A stretch of 64,000 bases of DNA from Nanobdellati archaeon. GTDB taxonomy: Archaea; EX4484-52; GLR71. The position numbers and the translations under genes were made by a program. Positions 20,043 to 29,940 of the stretch are shown one piece after another. Position 1 is the first letter of the stretch. Each line of letters begins with the position of its first letter. The notes below the pieces were generated by a model. It worked only from the letters and a program-made list of their open reading frames with translations. It was not told the DNA's origin and did no database searches. The DNA is taken from contig JAHYJR010000005.1 in the NCBI GenBank assembly GCA_019429005.1, forward strand, positions 16,926 to 80,925, given 5' to 3'.

Positions 20043-20222
20043 ATGCAGACTGTATTTACTCATTTAAGTCAAAAGGAAACTGTCAGTGTGAAAAAAAGTA
20101 ATAGTGCTCGAAATGATTTTGTAATATCATTTGGTCCGCATTCTAAAGTTTTTGTGACTGCTGAACATATAATTTTACTTAAAAAAGAAATTGCAAAATA
20201 TGATTCTGAAAAAGAAATTTAG
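20043..20222 (+). CDS. Small hypothetical protein
   Basis: Has its own GAAAAACTTTATAAAA promoter motif at 19990-20005; fills the intergenic gap. Confidence 0.55.
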   Translation: MQTVFTHLSQKETVSVKKSNSARNDFVISFGPHSKVFVTAEHIILLKKEIAKYDSEKEI

Positions 20223-20273
20223 TTTTAATCCGTTTAAATATAAATATTTAATATTACTCTTTCAAATTAATTT

Positions 20274-22202
20274 ATGGAACTTTCTAGTCCAGATATAAGA
20301 ATACTTATTGATGAGCTTCAGTATCTTGTAGGTGGTAAGATTCAGAAGATTTATCACGAGAGAAAAGATATACATATGAATATTTACGTATCTGGTATGG
20401 GTACAAAAACGATTGTTTTGGGTCAAGGCAAATTCTTTGTAACTTCATATAGTTTAAAACATCGTGATAGTCCAACATCTTTTTGTATGTTTCTTAGAAA
20501 ACGTTTAAAATCCGTTAGAATTAGTTCTATTGAACAGGTTGGTTTTGAAAGGATTATAATCTTGAAAACTGATATATATAATATTATTTTTGAATTATTT
20601 TCAAAAGGAAATGTTATTGTTACTGATAAAGACAACAAAATAATTTCACTTATTGAATCTCGTGATTGGAATTACCGTGTGCTTAAACGAAATGAGATTT
20701 ATGTGGCACCACCTGAAGTGATTGATGTCCTAAATCTTGATAAGGGTGGTTTAGAAGCCCTATTCAAAAAGACTGATAAGAAACTAGTACCCTTTATTGC
20801 ACGGGAGATGGGTTTTGGTGGTAAATATGCTGAAGAACTTGCATTTTTAAGCAATATAAAAAAAGATGAACTGTGTAAAACTCTTGACAAGAAACAGATA
20901 ACATCTCTATATAATTCTATAGAATCCCTTTTGGATACAACTAAAAAAACACCTTTTATTGTCCTTGAAGACAAAAAAAAGATTGATGTGTCTTATGTCA
21001 ATATCCATAAATATGCTGATTATGATAAGATCAATACAAAAACATTTAATGACGCTGTTGATGATGCATTTGTTTCTGTTATGGCAATTGAACTTGCAAG
21101 TGTTGATACTAAGGTCATAGATAAAAAGATATCTTCTTTACAAAAACGTCTAGATATACAGGAAAAATCTTTTCAGCATCTTGAAGAACTTATAATTCAG
21201 AATCTGAAAAAAGGTGATATGATTTATGAATATTTTCAAGGTATTGATCGTCTCATTAATCTTGTAATGGCTGAAGTGAATATCTCCGGATGGAATGATA
21301 TAGAAAAACGAATTAAATTTGAAGATAAAGATATTGTTTTGGGGTCTATAGATACTAAAGATAAAATTGCAAAAATTATAATAGCTAAATATAAAATAAA
21401 TATTTTATTAGAAGAAGCCATATCTAAAAGTGCTGAAGCTTATTATGCTAAATCCAAATCACAAAAATCAAAACTTCAAGGACTTAGGCTCGCAATAGCG
21501 AATACTATGAGGTTGATGCAACAAAAAGATGATGTCGTTATTGTTAAAAAACAGATAATCAAGAAAAAGGATACATCATCTCAAAAATGGTTTGAAAAGT
21601 TCCGTAATTTTGAAAGCTCTGAAGGCTTCTTATGTGTAGGTGGGCGTGATGCTACATCTAACGAAATAGTTGTTAAAAAACATGCTGAAAAAGATGATAT
21701 GATTTTCCATGCAGATATAGCAGGTTCACCTTTTATTGTTGTAAAAACTGAAGGTAAAACGGTTGGTGATGCGACAATAGAAGAAGCTGCTCAATTTACT
21801 GCTATGTATTCTAAAGCGTGGAAAGCTAATGCAGGTGTAATTGATGTTTATTGGGTTAAACCCGAACAGGTAACAAAACAAGCACCATCTGGAGAATATA
21901 TTTCTAAAGGTGGATTTATGATACATGGAAAAAAAAATAATCTTACCTCTGAGCTTAAGGTGGCTGTTTGTATGGTTGATGGCGAGATAATTTCAGGCCC
22001 AATAAATGCTATCAAGAAAAAGACAAATAAGTATATTGTCATAATACCTGGTTATACAAAATCAAAAGATCTTTCAAAAATCATGAAAACTAAATTGTTT
22101 GAAAAATCAAATAAAGGTGAACAAGATTTATTGCGTAAGATACCAATCGATAAGTTTCAAAGATGCATTCCTTCAGATCGAGGTGAACTTGAACTCAATT
22201 AA
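20274..22202 (+). CDS. rqcH: Ribosome quality control factor RqcH/NEMF (NFACT)
   Basis: FCMFLRKRL, ERII, ELFSKGN, WFEKFR, GGRDATSNE, FHAD, GGFMIHG. Confidence 0.93.
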   Translation: MELSSPDIRILIDELQYLVGGKIQKIYHERKDIHMNIYVSGMGTKTIVLGQGKFFVTSYSLKHRDSPTSFCMFLRKRLKSVRISSIEQVGFERIIILKTDIYNIIFELFSKGNVIVTDKDNKIISLIESRDWNYRVLKRNEIYVAPPEVIDVLNLDKGGLEALFKKTDKKLVPFIAREMGFGGKYAEELAFLSNIKKDELCKTLDKKQITSLYNSIESLLDTTKKTPFIVLEDKKKIDVSYVNIHKYADYDKINTKTFNDAVDDAFVSVMAIELASVDTKVIDKKISSLQKRLDIQEKSFQHLEELIIQNLKKGDMIYEYFQGIDRLINLVMAEVNISGWNDIEKRIKFEDKDIVLGSIDTKDKIAKIIIAKYKINILLEEAISKSAEAYYAKSKSQKSKLQGLRLAIANTMRLMQQKDDVVIVKKQIIKKKDTSSQKWFEKFRNFESSEGFLCVGGRDATSNEIVVKKHAEKDDMIFHADIAGSPFIVVKTEGKTVGDATIEEAAQFTAMYSKAWKANAGVIDVYWVKPEQVTKQAPSGEYISKGGFMIHGKKNNLTSELKVAVCMVDGEIISGPINAIKKKTNKYIVIIPGYTKSKDLSKIMKTKLFEKSNKGEQDLLRKIPIDKFQRCIPSDRGELELN

Positions 22203-22203
22203 T

Positions 22204-23154
22204 TTATTCTAATCTTTCTTTCAAGGCAGCACTGATTAAGGGTAATGCGATTGTTGCATCGCAAGTAATATTTGAATACTTAGCTTTGCTTGCAAGTTTT
22301 CCCCATGAGATACCTTCATTAAGCTGTGCACCTGAAGAACCTCCTGCATCTGGTCTATCTGTTGTTATCTGTACACCATATTCTGCAGAATGTGGTGAGA
22401 ATTGGATTGATTGTTGTATATAATTCTTAGGTACACCGCCACCGATATAAAAGACTCCAATCTTTTTTGCAGTCCATGCTATATCTATGATTTCTTTCAT
22501 ATCTTCAAAGGCTAGAATCTTCAGTTTATTTTCTAATATATATGACCATACTTGTAATCCAATTCCAGAATCACTTAAAGCTGGACAGAATATAGGTATT
22601 CTTTTTTTAGCACATACCTTAAGTATTGAATTTTCGCAATCTACATTATCTCCAAGAAGCCATAAGAATTCTGTGATGTTTAGTTCTTTTTTAGGAAATG
22701 TATCAAATGTCTTTTTGCAAAATGCTTCAAGACCTGTATAGACATCATTATGCATAAATGTGTCATATATTCTATTGATTTTCTTCTTATTTAGTTCTTT
22801 GTCATCTACATTTGCATGTCCTTTATAATGATTGTATCCAAGAGCCTCTATTAAGTCATGGGTTAAGTTTGCACCTGTAGTCACAAAGACATCAATCTGC
22901 CCCGCATTGAGCATATCTATGATAATCTGTTTCATACCTCCAGGTACCATGGCACCTGCAAGACCCATAAACAATTTACAATCTTTATTTGTTATCATTT
23001 CTTCGAGGATATCAACACTTTCAGCGATTTTTCCACCACCCATAACACCCGATTTTGACATTTGTGTTATAAGTTCATTAACAGTCATGTCTTTTTTTGT
23101 TTTTACATGGTTAATTTTTGAAAATCCATGCATACTTTTATTACATTCTTTCAT
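22204..23154 (-). CDS. dys: Deoxyhypusine synthase
   Basis: TGANLTHD, GGGVPKN, GGSSGA, EGISWGK, DATI. Confidence 0.95.
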   Translation of the reverse strand: MKECNKSMHGFSKINHVKTKKDMTVNELITQMSKSGVMGGGKIAESVDILEEMITNKDCKLFMGLAGAMVPGGMKQIIIDMLNAGQIDVFVTTGANLTHDLIEALGYNHYKGHANVDDKELNKKKINRIYDTFMHNDVYTGLEAFCKKTFDTFPKKELNITEFLWLLGDNVDCENSILKVCAKKRIPIFCPALSDSGIGLQVWSYILENKLKILAFEDMKEIIDIAWTAKKIGVFYIGGGVPKNYIQQSIQFSPHSAEYGVQITTDRPDAGGSSGAQLNEGISWGKLASKAKYSNITCDATIALPLISAALKERLE

Positions 23155-23227
23155 ATCTTATATTGTGTATCTAAATTATTTAAGATTTATTAACTATCTT
23201 AACTAATATTTTTGTGGATGGTATTTT

Positions 23228-23863
23228 ATGGTATTTAATCTTAAACGCATTCAAAAATTATATAAAAGCAAAAAACAGATTGTTGCCGAAAAGAAAAAGA
23301 AAGATACAAATTATATGCTCTCTATGGGTGATATGAAAGCCAAAGATGCATATGATAATGAAAACCTCAATATAAAATATTCAATTATATCTACACATGA
23401 TGCTATTGCTTTTTATAATAAGGCTTTTGAGATGTTTAGATTAAAATCTGATTTGACACAGATTGAAGTTGTTAAGAAAAAAATTAAAGAACTTGAACTG
23501 TTTTTAAAACGTTTTACACAAGATGAATTAGATTCGGCATTAATTTTTTCAGATGCTGATATTTTACGAAATATATCTAAAACAAAATATTTAGAAGCAA
23601 GATATATTCGAAACATCGATAGGATTGGTTCTATAATGTTATGTTTTGACGCGATTGAAGATTTCAAGAATGCTCTTGAATTATATTCTAGTTATGAGTC
23701 TGATAAGAATAATTTAGGCAACATAAAACATGTTAAATCTCATATTAAAGAAGTTGAGACATTTCTAGAACGTTTTAGTGCTGAAGAACTTAAAACTGTT
23801 AAAGAAAAAATTGACGCTTTAAAACCAGTTATAGAAGATGATACATCAAAGTCTTCTTTGTAA
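23228..23863 (+). CDS. Hypothetical helical protein with an internal duplication
   Basis: Two similar segments DAI..(Y/F)..A.E...K..IKE.E.FL.RF...EL. Confidence 0.75.
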   Translation: MVFNLKRIQKLYKSKKQIVAEKKKKDTNYMLSMGDMKAKDAYDNENLNIKYSIISTHDAIAFYNKAFEMFRLKSDLTQIEVVKKKIKELELFLKRFTQDELDSALIFSDADILRNISKTKYLEARYIRNIDRIGSIMLCFDAIEDFKNALELYSSYESDKNNLGNIKHVKSHIKEVETFLERFSAEELKTVKEKIDALKPVIEDDTSKSSL

Positions 23864-24445
23864 TATTTTTTTAAGGCCTCTTTTATAATGATGTGGTTTT
23901 ATTATGTTTTTTTCATATAGGTCTTCTATCTGTATTTTATTGTTGATTTCTTGAACGTGTTCTCTTGATTGTTTTTGGTGTATATGTTCTTCATGTGGCA
24001 TGATAATCTTGAAATACGCATCTATCATAACAACCCAGTTTTCAGTGTTGATTAGGTTGTGATTTATAAGGTTCGTATTTGGATTGTTATTAATTATATT
24101 GCTGTTGTTTGTATTGTTGATATTGGTATTTAAGTTATTAATATTATGCGTATTAATCGGGTTCATATTATTATAATGATCTTTAGTTTGTTGTTGAAGT
24201 GTTTGTATGTAGTATGAAAACATGATATTTATTTTATTTTTGTTAAAGAACTGTTTAAGGAATGCTTCTATAGATTTGGCTTGAGTCATGCAATTTTGCT
24301 TGGTTTCAGCCGGTGTTTTTCCTTCTGATTGTAGATTGACAATGTACTCTGGTGGCTGAAAAGTATCTGGTATTATCTTAAAAGCTGTAAGGTTTGTTCC
24401 CTCGATTTGTATCGATTCGGGTAGTTCTGCAAAAGAATGAGCCAT
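23846..24445 (-). CDS. Hypothetical protein with an Asn-rich insert
   Basis: 199-aa ORF; TATA-like motif upstream (~24468-24480). Confidence 0.65.
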   Translation of the reverse strand: MAHSFAELPESIQIEGTNLTAFKIIPDTFQPPEYIVNLQSEGKTPAETKQNCMTQAKSIEAFLKQFFNKNKINIMFSYYIQTLQQQTKDHYNNMNPINTHNINNLNTNINNTNNSNIINNNPNTNLINHNLINTENWVVMIDAYFKIIMPHEEHIHQKQSREHVQEINNKIQIEDLYEKNIIKPHHYKRGLKKILQRRL

Positions 24446-24638
24446 AGATTCTTTTTATTATTTATTGCATAAAAAGGTTGTGTTTTTTTGTTGGGCGAAT
24501 AAAGTTTGTTTGTTGATGATTGGTTATTTTATGTTTTTTTAATTCTTAAGTATTTCTTATCACACACAACAACTTTACCGGACTTCTCGGAAAAACTATG
24601 TATCTATCTTTTTTATCTTTAACACCCGAATTAATCCT

Positions 24639-26984
24639 ATGGACCTTGATGATGTTGCAGAGTTATATCCAGTTCTTAAACCTGTAATTGCTGCAATAAA
24701 GACTAAAGATAAAGTTAAGACTCTTTTTCCGCCACAAGAACTTGCGATTAATAGTGGGTATCTTGACGGTAAAAATATGCTTCTAGCAATACCAACATCA
24801 ACCGGGAAAACGTTGATATCCGAACTTGCCATGCTGAAGGTAATCCTAGAACAAAAGAAAAAAGCCTTGTATCTTGTACCACTTAAAGCTCTTGCTATGG
24901 AAAAATACAACAATTTCAAAGATAAATATGAATCATTAGGTCTGAAGGTTGTAGTCAGTGTAGGTAATTTTGATAATCAGGATCAGTGGATAAAAGATTA
25001 TGATATAATAATAACGTCTGTCGAGAAAGCAGATAGTCTGATGCGACATAAAGCCCCCTGGTTTGATGATATCGGAATCGTTGTAGCAGATGAGATTCAT
25101 CTTCTTGATGATTCTTCACGAGGTCCGACTCTTGAGGTTGTCCTGACAAAAATAAAATCAACTATTAATGCACAGATTATTGGTCTTTCTGCAACTATCG
25201 GAAATAAGGAAGAGCTTGCAGGTTGGCTTGATGCAGTCTTAGTAGAATCCGATTTCAGGCCAGTTGTTCTTTTTGAAGGTGTGCAGTTTGATAATTCCCT
25301 AATATACAAATCCCGTACAGATGGAAATAAAATCGGATTGAATGATGAAATCCCTTTAAATAAAGTTCTAGATGGCGTTCTAAAATCTGCAAAATATGTG
25401 CTTGATAATAAGAGTCAAGCAATTGTTTTTGTTTCAAGTAAACGCGGTGCTGAATCCGAATCAGAGAAAATCGCATCAATCACAAGAAATACTTTATCCT
25501 TTAACGAAAAAACGCTTCTTGAAAAATTAAGTGATAGTATAGAACATGCTTTGCCCAGTCCCACAAAACAATGTAAGCGTCTTTCGAAAGTTGTGAAAAA
25601 TGGTGTGGCATTCCATCATAGCGGACTTATGCATAAGCAAAGGCAACTTATCGAAGATGCATTTAAGGATGGTGTAATAAAGATAATCTCAGCCACAACA
25701 ACTCTTGCCTATGGTATGAATTTACCTTGCGATTTCTGTATCTTGCGTGACGTTAAACGTTTCTATCCTAGTAAGGGTTATGCTCCTATACCAATCTTAG
25801 AATATAAGCAATGTGCAGGTCGTAGTGGAAGGATTAAATATTCAAAGGAGGGTAAATCTATAATACTTGCTAAAAATGAAAATGATGCAAACGAAATCTC
25901 CGATTATTTTATACATGGTGAATCTGAAAACATCTATTCAAAACTAGCAATAGAACCTGTATTGCGTATGCATCTTTTGAGTCTGATTTCTACAGAACAT
26001 ATCAATTCAAAAGAGGCTCTTGAAACGTTTATACAAAATACCTTTTATGCATATCAATTTCAAAATCTTGAAGAATTGACATCTAAAATTGATTCCGTTC
26101 TTCACAAATTAACAGATTATGGGTTTATAGAATCTGATAATTCAAAGATTTTTGCGACAGAAATTGGTAAACGTGTATCTCAATTATATATTGATCCTGA
26201 CACTGCAAATATGTTTATCACGGCAATTAAAAGACCTTTTAGATCTAAAGATTCAGTTGAATCTGTGATATCTAATAAATCTGATTTAGATGAATTCAAA
26301 ACTGGTGCTGAAATACTTGAGGAAACATCTAAAATATTGAATCATGTAAGTCTTATCCATCTCGCATCTTATACGATTGAGATGCGTCCACAACTTAGGA
26401 TTAATAAGGATGAGCAAGAATCTTTTGAGACCTATCTTGAATCTATAACCCGAAATATCCTTGTTGAAGTTCCTTCAATGTGGGATTTGAAACGAACTGA
26501 ATTTTTGCAATCTTTAAAGACTGAAATGTTTTTTGAAAGCTGGATAAACGAAGCTACTGATGACACCCTTTTTGACAGATATAAAGTATCACCAGGTGAA
26601 CTTCGTGCACGTCTTGATAAGATAGATTGGCTTTTGTATACTTTGGAAGAATTTTCAAAAATGCTTAAACTAAGCGAGGTTTATTTTCTAGCTAAAAATG
26701 TGCGTTTTAGGATAAAGCATGGAATAAAAGCTGAATTGATACCTCTTGTGAAACTTAAAGGTGTCGGTCGTGTGAGAGCACGAAAGCTTTTCTCAAAAGG
26801 CATAAGAACTAATTTAGATATACAGAAAACAGATATACTCGTATTATCACAGCTTATTGGAAACAGTCTTGCTGCAAAATTGAAAGGTGTCGAGTTTGAT
26901 TCTTCAAAGGCCTCTCTGGAACTTCAAATAAATAGCAATGCACAGAAAAGTCTTGAACATTTTGGCAAAAAAAAGAGTATTTGA
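24639..26984 (+). CDS. hel308: Ski2-like helicase Hel308/Hjm
   Basis: PTSTGKT, DEIH, SAT, FHHSGL, GRSGR, HhH GVGRVRARKL, C-terminal PIP-like QKSLEHF. Confidence 0.95.
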   Translation: MDLDDVAELYPVLKPVIAAIKTKDKVKTLFPPQELAINSGYLDGKNMLLAIPTSTGKTLISELAMLKVILEQKKKALYLVPLKALAMEKYNNFKDKYESLGLKVVVSVGNFDNQDQWIKDYDIIITSVEKADSLMRHKAPWFDDIGIVVADEIHLLDDSSRGPTLEVVLTKIKSTINAQIIGLSATIGNKEELAGWLDAVLVESDFRPVVLFEGVQFDNSLIYKSRTDGNKIGLNDEIPLNKVLDGVLKSAKYVLDNKSQAIVFVSSKRGAESESEKIASITRNTLSFNEKTLLEKLSDSIEHALPSPTKQCKRLSKVVKNGVAFHHSGLMHKQRQLIEDAFKDGVIKIISATTTLAYGMNLPCDFCILRDVKRFYPSKGYAPIPILEYKQCAGRSGRIKYSKEGKSIILAKNENDANEISDYFIHGESENIYSKLAIEPVLRMHLLSLISTEHINSKEALETFIQNTFYAYQFQNLEELTSKIDSVLHKLTDYGFIESDNSKIFATEIGKRVSQLYIDPDTANMFITAIKRPFRSKDSVESVISNKSDLDEFKTGAEILEETSKILNHVSLIHLASYTIEMRPQLRINKDEQESFETYLESITRNILVEVPSMWDLKRTEFLQSLKTEMFFESWINEATDDTLFDRYKVSPGELRARLDKIDWLLYTLEEFSKMLKLSEVYFLAKNVRFRIKHGIKAELIPLVKLKGVGRVRARKLFSKGIRTNLDIQKTDILVLSQLIGNSLAAKLKGVEFDSSKASLELQINSNAQKSLEHFGKKKSI

Positions 26985-27021
26985 CTGTAAATATTTATAT
27001 TCGGCAAGTATAAGTGATATT

Positions 27022-27564
27022 ATGAAGAAACGTCCTATATTCATATTATCTATAGTTTTTTTGATATTGACTTTTTTACAGGCATCAGCATATGCTTTAC
27101 CTCCTAGTGTTGAATTGATTTCTACTGATTATTTTACATTAACATCAGGAGAAACAAAACAAGTTGTATTGACTGTAAGAAATTACGAGGATGTTGTGGA
27201 TGTTGTAGATATACATCTTTCAAGTAATTCCGAGCTCAATAATTGGATATGGTTCTCAAACCATAGATATGATTCTAAACGACACGATCTTTCGGTTGTG
27301 ATGCAACCCTATGACCTGAAACGGATTGTTATCAATATTTTTGGTGGTAATAGTGGTACGTATATAACTGATGGTGTACAAGCAAATGGTCTTAATATAA
27401 ATGCTGTTGGTATGTCTGGATTTGGAGCGACAAATATTAGTGTTAGTGTGAAACCTGTACCACAAGGATTATTTAAAAGACAAGCTCCTGGTATAACTTT
27501 TATACATATATTATTTATAGGTTTTATTGGTTCTTTAGTATTCTTAAAACCTATAAAAATATAA
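27022..27564 (+). CDS. Secreted Ig-like protein with a C-terminal TM anchor
   Basis: Signal peptide MKKRPIFILSIVFLIL...AYA; APGI followed by TM and KPIK. Confidence 0.75.
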   Translation: MKKRPIFILSIVFLILTFLQASAYALPPSVELISTDYFTLTSGETKQVVLTVRNYEDVVDVVDIHLSSNSELNNWIWFSNHRYDSKRHDLSVVMQPYDLKRIVINIFGGNSGTYITDGVQANGLNINAVGMSGFGATNISVSVKPVPQGLFKRQAPGITFIHILFIGFIGSLVFLKPIKI

Positions 27565-27582
27565 TCTTTTTTTTAAAAATAG

Positions 27583-27704
27583 TGGACTCGATGGGATTTG
27601 AACCCACGACTTCTGGCTATCTAAGACCTGCAGGATATTTCTATCCTTATACGAAACGTGATCATATAAGACCAGCGCTCCAAACCAGCCTGAGCTACGA
27701 GTCC
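27583..27704 (-). tRNA. tRNA-Ile(UAU) with a 46-nt intron at 37/38 (27619-27664)
   Basis: GGACTCG/CGAGTCC acceptor, GCTC/GAGC D-stem, CTGGT/GCCAG anticodon stem, loop CT-TAT-A^A, GTGGG-TTCAAAT-CCCAT T-arm, BHB-like junction. Confidence 0.93.
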
Positions 27705-27794
27705 ATATATATTAAAATATAGGACAACTATTATTTCTCAGTACTATAAGGATTAATACTAATATTTAAAAAGATTGTGTTGTGTTGTGTATTT

Positions 27795-28757
27795 ATGGAT
27801 TCGTTTTTTAACTCAAAAGATCTTCTTATTGATTTATTAGTTGATAGACTTAAATCTGTAGGGTATGAAACTGAAGTTTTTGGTCGCTATTGTTTAGATA
27901 TTATCGCAAAAAAGGGTACTGATAAACCAATTTTAATAAAAGTTTTACTTAATGTTGATAGTTTTGATAAACGTCATGCTTTTGATCTTAACAAATTATC
28001 ATATATAATGAATGCATCTCCTATAATTATTAGTTTACGTGGCAGGAATTTTGAGATTTATGAAAATGTAGTACATATGCGTTTTGAAATACCTGTAATT
28101 CTTCCAGAAACCCTTTTTAATACCTTAGAAGGTGATTGTGTGTTTACTTTATCACGTAAAGGCAAAACGTGTGTTTTTATAAATACAACAATGCTTAAAG
28201 ATGCACGATTAGAACAGAATCAATCATTTGAGATGTTATCAAAGGCGTTAAATATATCTAAAAAGACATTATTTCTTGCAGAAAAACATGGTTATCTTAC
28301 CGATATTCTTGTAGATAAGCTTGAATCTTTTTTTAATAAAGATTTGAAGGAAACTCAAAATCTTTTTGATATTTTAGAAAAAACATATAGTCGTAATAAT
28401 ATGACTTATGCTTTATCTGAAGTAAATGCTCATGATGTGTCTTCTGTAATAGATAATACTATTAAGGATTTAATAGAGCGAATCGGTTTTATAAATTATT
28501 TTTTTAGTTTTACACCATCAAATTTGGTAGGTACGCGTAATGGTGATATTATTTTTTGTGAGGTCATAAAAAATAAGCTTGCTGAAAAACAGATTGATGA
28601 TCTTAAACGTTTTGGCGATTTTTTTAATTCAAAAATAATGATAATTTCTGAAAATGTAAAATATGATATTCCGGGTGTAGCTGTATTTAATTTGTCTGAG
28701 ATACAGCATATTAAATCCCGTAAAGAATTGTTTGATTTGATTTTAAATCGCGAATAA
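27795..28757 (+). CDS. Archaeal cro/C1 HTH regulator (COG1395-like)
   Basis: CLDIIAKK, IKVLLNVD, R..IPV, central HTH LKDARLE...ISKKTL..AE. Confidence 0.8.
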   Translation: MDSFFNSKDLLIDLLVDRLKSVGYETEVFGRYCLDIIAKKGTDKPILIKVLLNVDSFDKRHAFDLNKLSYIMNASPIIISLRGRNFEIYENVVHMRFEIPVILPETLFNTLEGDCVFTLSRKGKTCVFINTTMLKDARLEQNQSFEMLSKALNISKKTLFLAEKHGYLTDILVDKLESFFNKDLKETQNLFDILEKTYSRNNMTYALSEVNAHDVSSVIDNTIKDLIERIGFINYFFSFTPSNLVGTRNGDIIFCEVIKNKLAEKQIDDLKRFGDFFNSKIMIISENVKYDIPGVAVFNLSEIQHIKSRKELFDLILNRE

Positions 28758-29702
28758 TTATTCAAGTATTTTTATATTATCTATTTTACCATCACCATCC
28801 ATGTCAAGACCTGATACTACACATGTCCAATTATCTTCACCATTATATTTATCAAGTACCTGTTCTGTGTGTCTTGTGAGTGCAAGAACTGCAGCTTTTG
28901 TGCCATTGAAACGATTTCCTGCAATGAGGAGTATGCTTTTATCTTTATCCATTGGGTTTATTATCTTTGCAATAATTCCTATTGAATCTTCATCATAATT
29001 CTTTTTAGTTTTTTCAGATATAAGTCCTCTATATGGAAATAAGTCTAGTTTGAATTTGACTGGTAAATAATTATTTATTTCCGAAACAATTATGTTTGTA
29101 AGTGGTCCACCTATAAGTATAAGGTTTGATGAATATCCATTTTCAGCTTTTATGTCTATATCAAGTTTTGTTGTGAATTCTTTTGGCATATTTACAAATT
29201 GTCCAAGAAAAATACCTATGTCTATCCCATAATGACCATCTCTTGCACGAACCTGATTCTGACCATGTGGATCTGGCGAACCTACAACAATATTTCCATT
29301 AAGATTTCCAGCATTCACAAAGGGGTATAAGAACATTTTTAGTTTATCAGATTGTGTTTTTAATGAGAAATCTGCAACTTTAACATCGCCATATGGTAAT
29401 TCTAATGCAAAGGCACTGTTTGTTATAGTATAATATTTAGCGAGTACACCACCACGTTCTTGTTTAGATTTAATCTCAATAAGACCATTCAATTCAAGTT
29501 GTTTTATGTGGTAATAGACTTTTTGTTCATGAAGCCCTAGCATTTTTGCAATTTCTGCGGGGTATCTTGGTTTTTCAGCCAGAAGTTTTAGTATATTCCA
29601 ACGTGATTCATTAAGTAGACCTTTAAGTTTTTCAGGTTCTGATTCTAACTTAACTTTTTTTGTAAAAAATTTACCATTTATTTCTTTTATGAGGTGTGCC
29701 AT
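28758..29702 (-). CDS. ArsR-type wHTH regulator fused to an NLILIGGPxxN domain with a DxDxDG tail
   Basis: RWNILKLL..KPRYPAEIAKML...QKVYYHIKQLE..GLI; C-terminal DMDGDGKID. Confidence 0.8.
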   Translation of the reverse strand: MAHLIKEINGKFFTKKVKLESEPEKLKGLLNESRWNILKLLAEKPRYPAEIAKMLGLHEQKVYYHIKQLELNGLIEIKSKQERGGVLAKYYTITNSAFALELPYGDVKVADFSLKTQSDKLKMFLYPFVNAGNLNGNIVVGSPDPHGQNQVRARDGHYGIDIGIFLGQFVNMPKEFTTKLDIDIKAENGYSSNLILIGGPLTNIIVSEINNYLPVKFKLDLFPYRGLISEKTKKNYDEDSIGIIAKIINPMDKDKSILLIAGNRFNGTKAAVLALTRHTEQVLDKYNGEDNWTCVVSGLDMDGDGKIDNIKILE

Positions 29703-29902
29703 ATTATCACTTATTAATTTAATCTATATTAATTTTAATCAATTAGTTATGAATTATTTTATAATGGTATTATAAATCTGTTAAACATTCTAGTTCTTAA
29801 CTATTAGTAATGACATAACAATCTTTATATACTCTTATTAATTTTCAATCAAAATATCAAAAAATACTATAATTTCAGTTATAATATAGACATTCATTTT
29901 TG

Positions 29903-29918
29903 CAAAACCTATATAAGC
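29903..29918 (+). promoter_or_regulatory. BRE/TATA, predicted start near 29941
   Basis: CAAAACCTATATAAG. Confidence 0.6.
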
Positions 29919-29940
29919 AGGGAGATGTTTAATATATTTA

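Noticed and set aside
27619-27664. Box C/D guide RNA inside the tRNA intron
   Set aside because: No RUGAUGA/CUGA pair, and the intron is short
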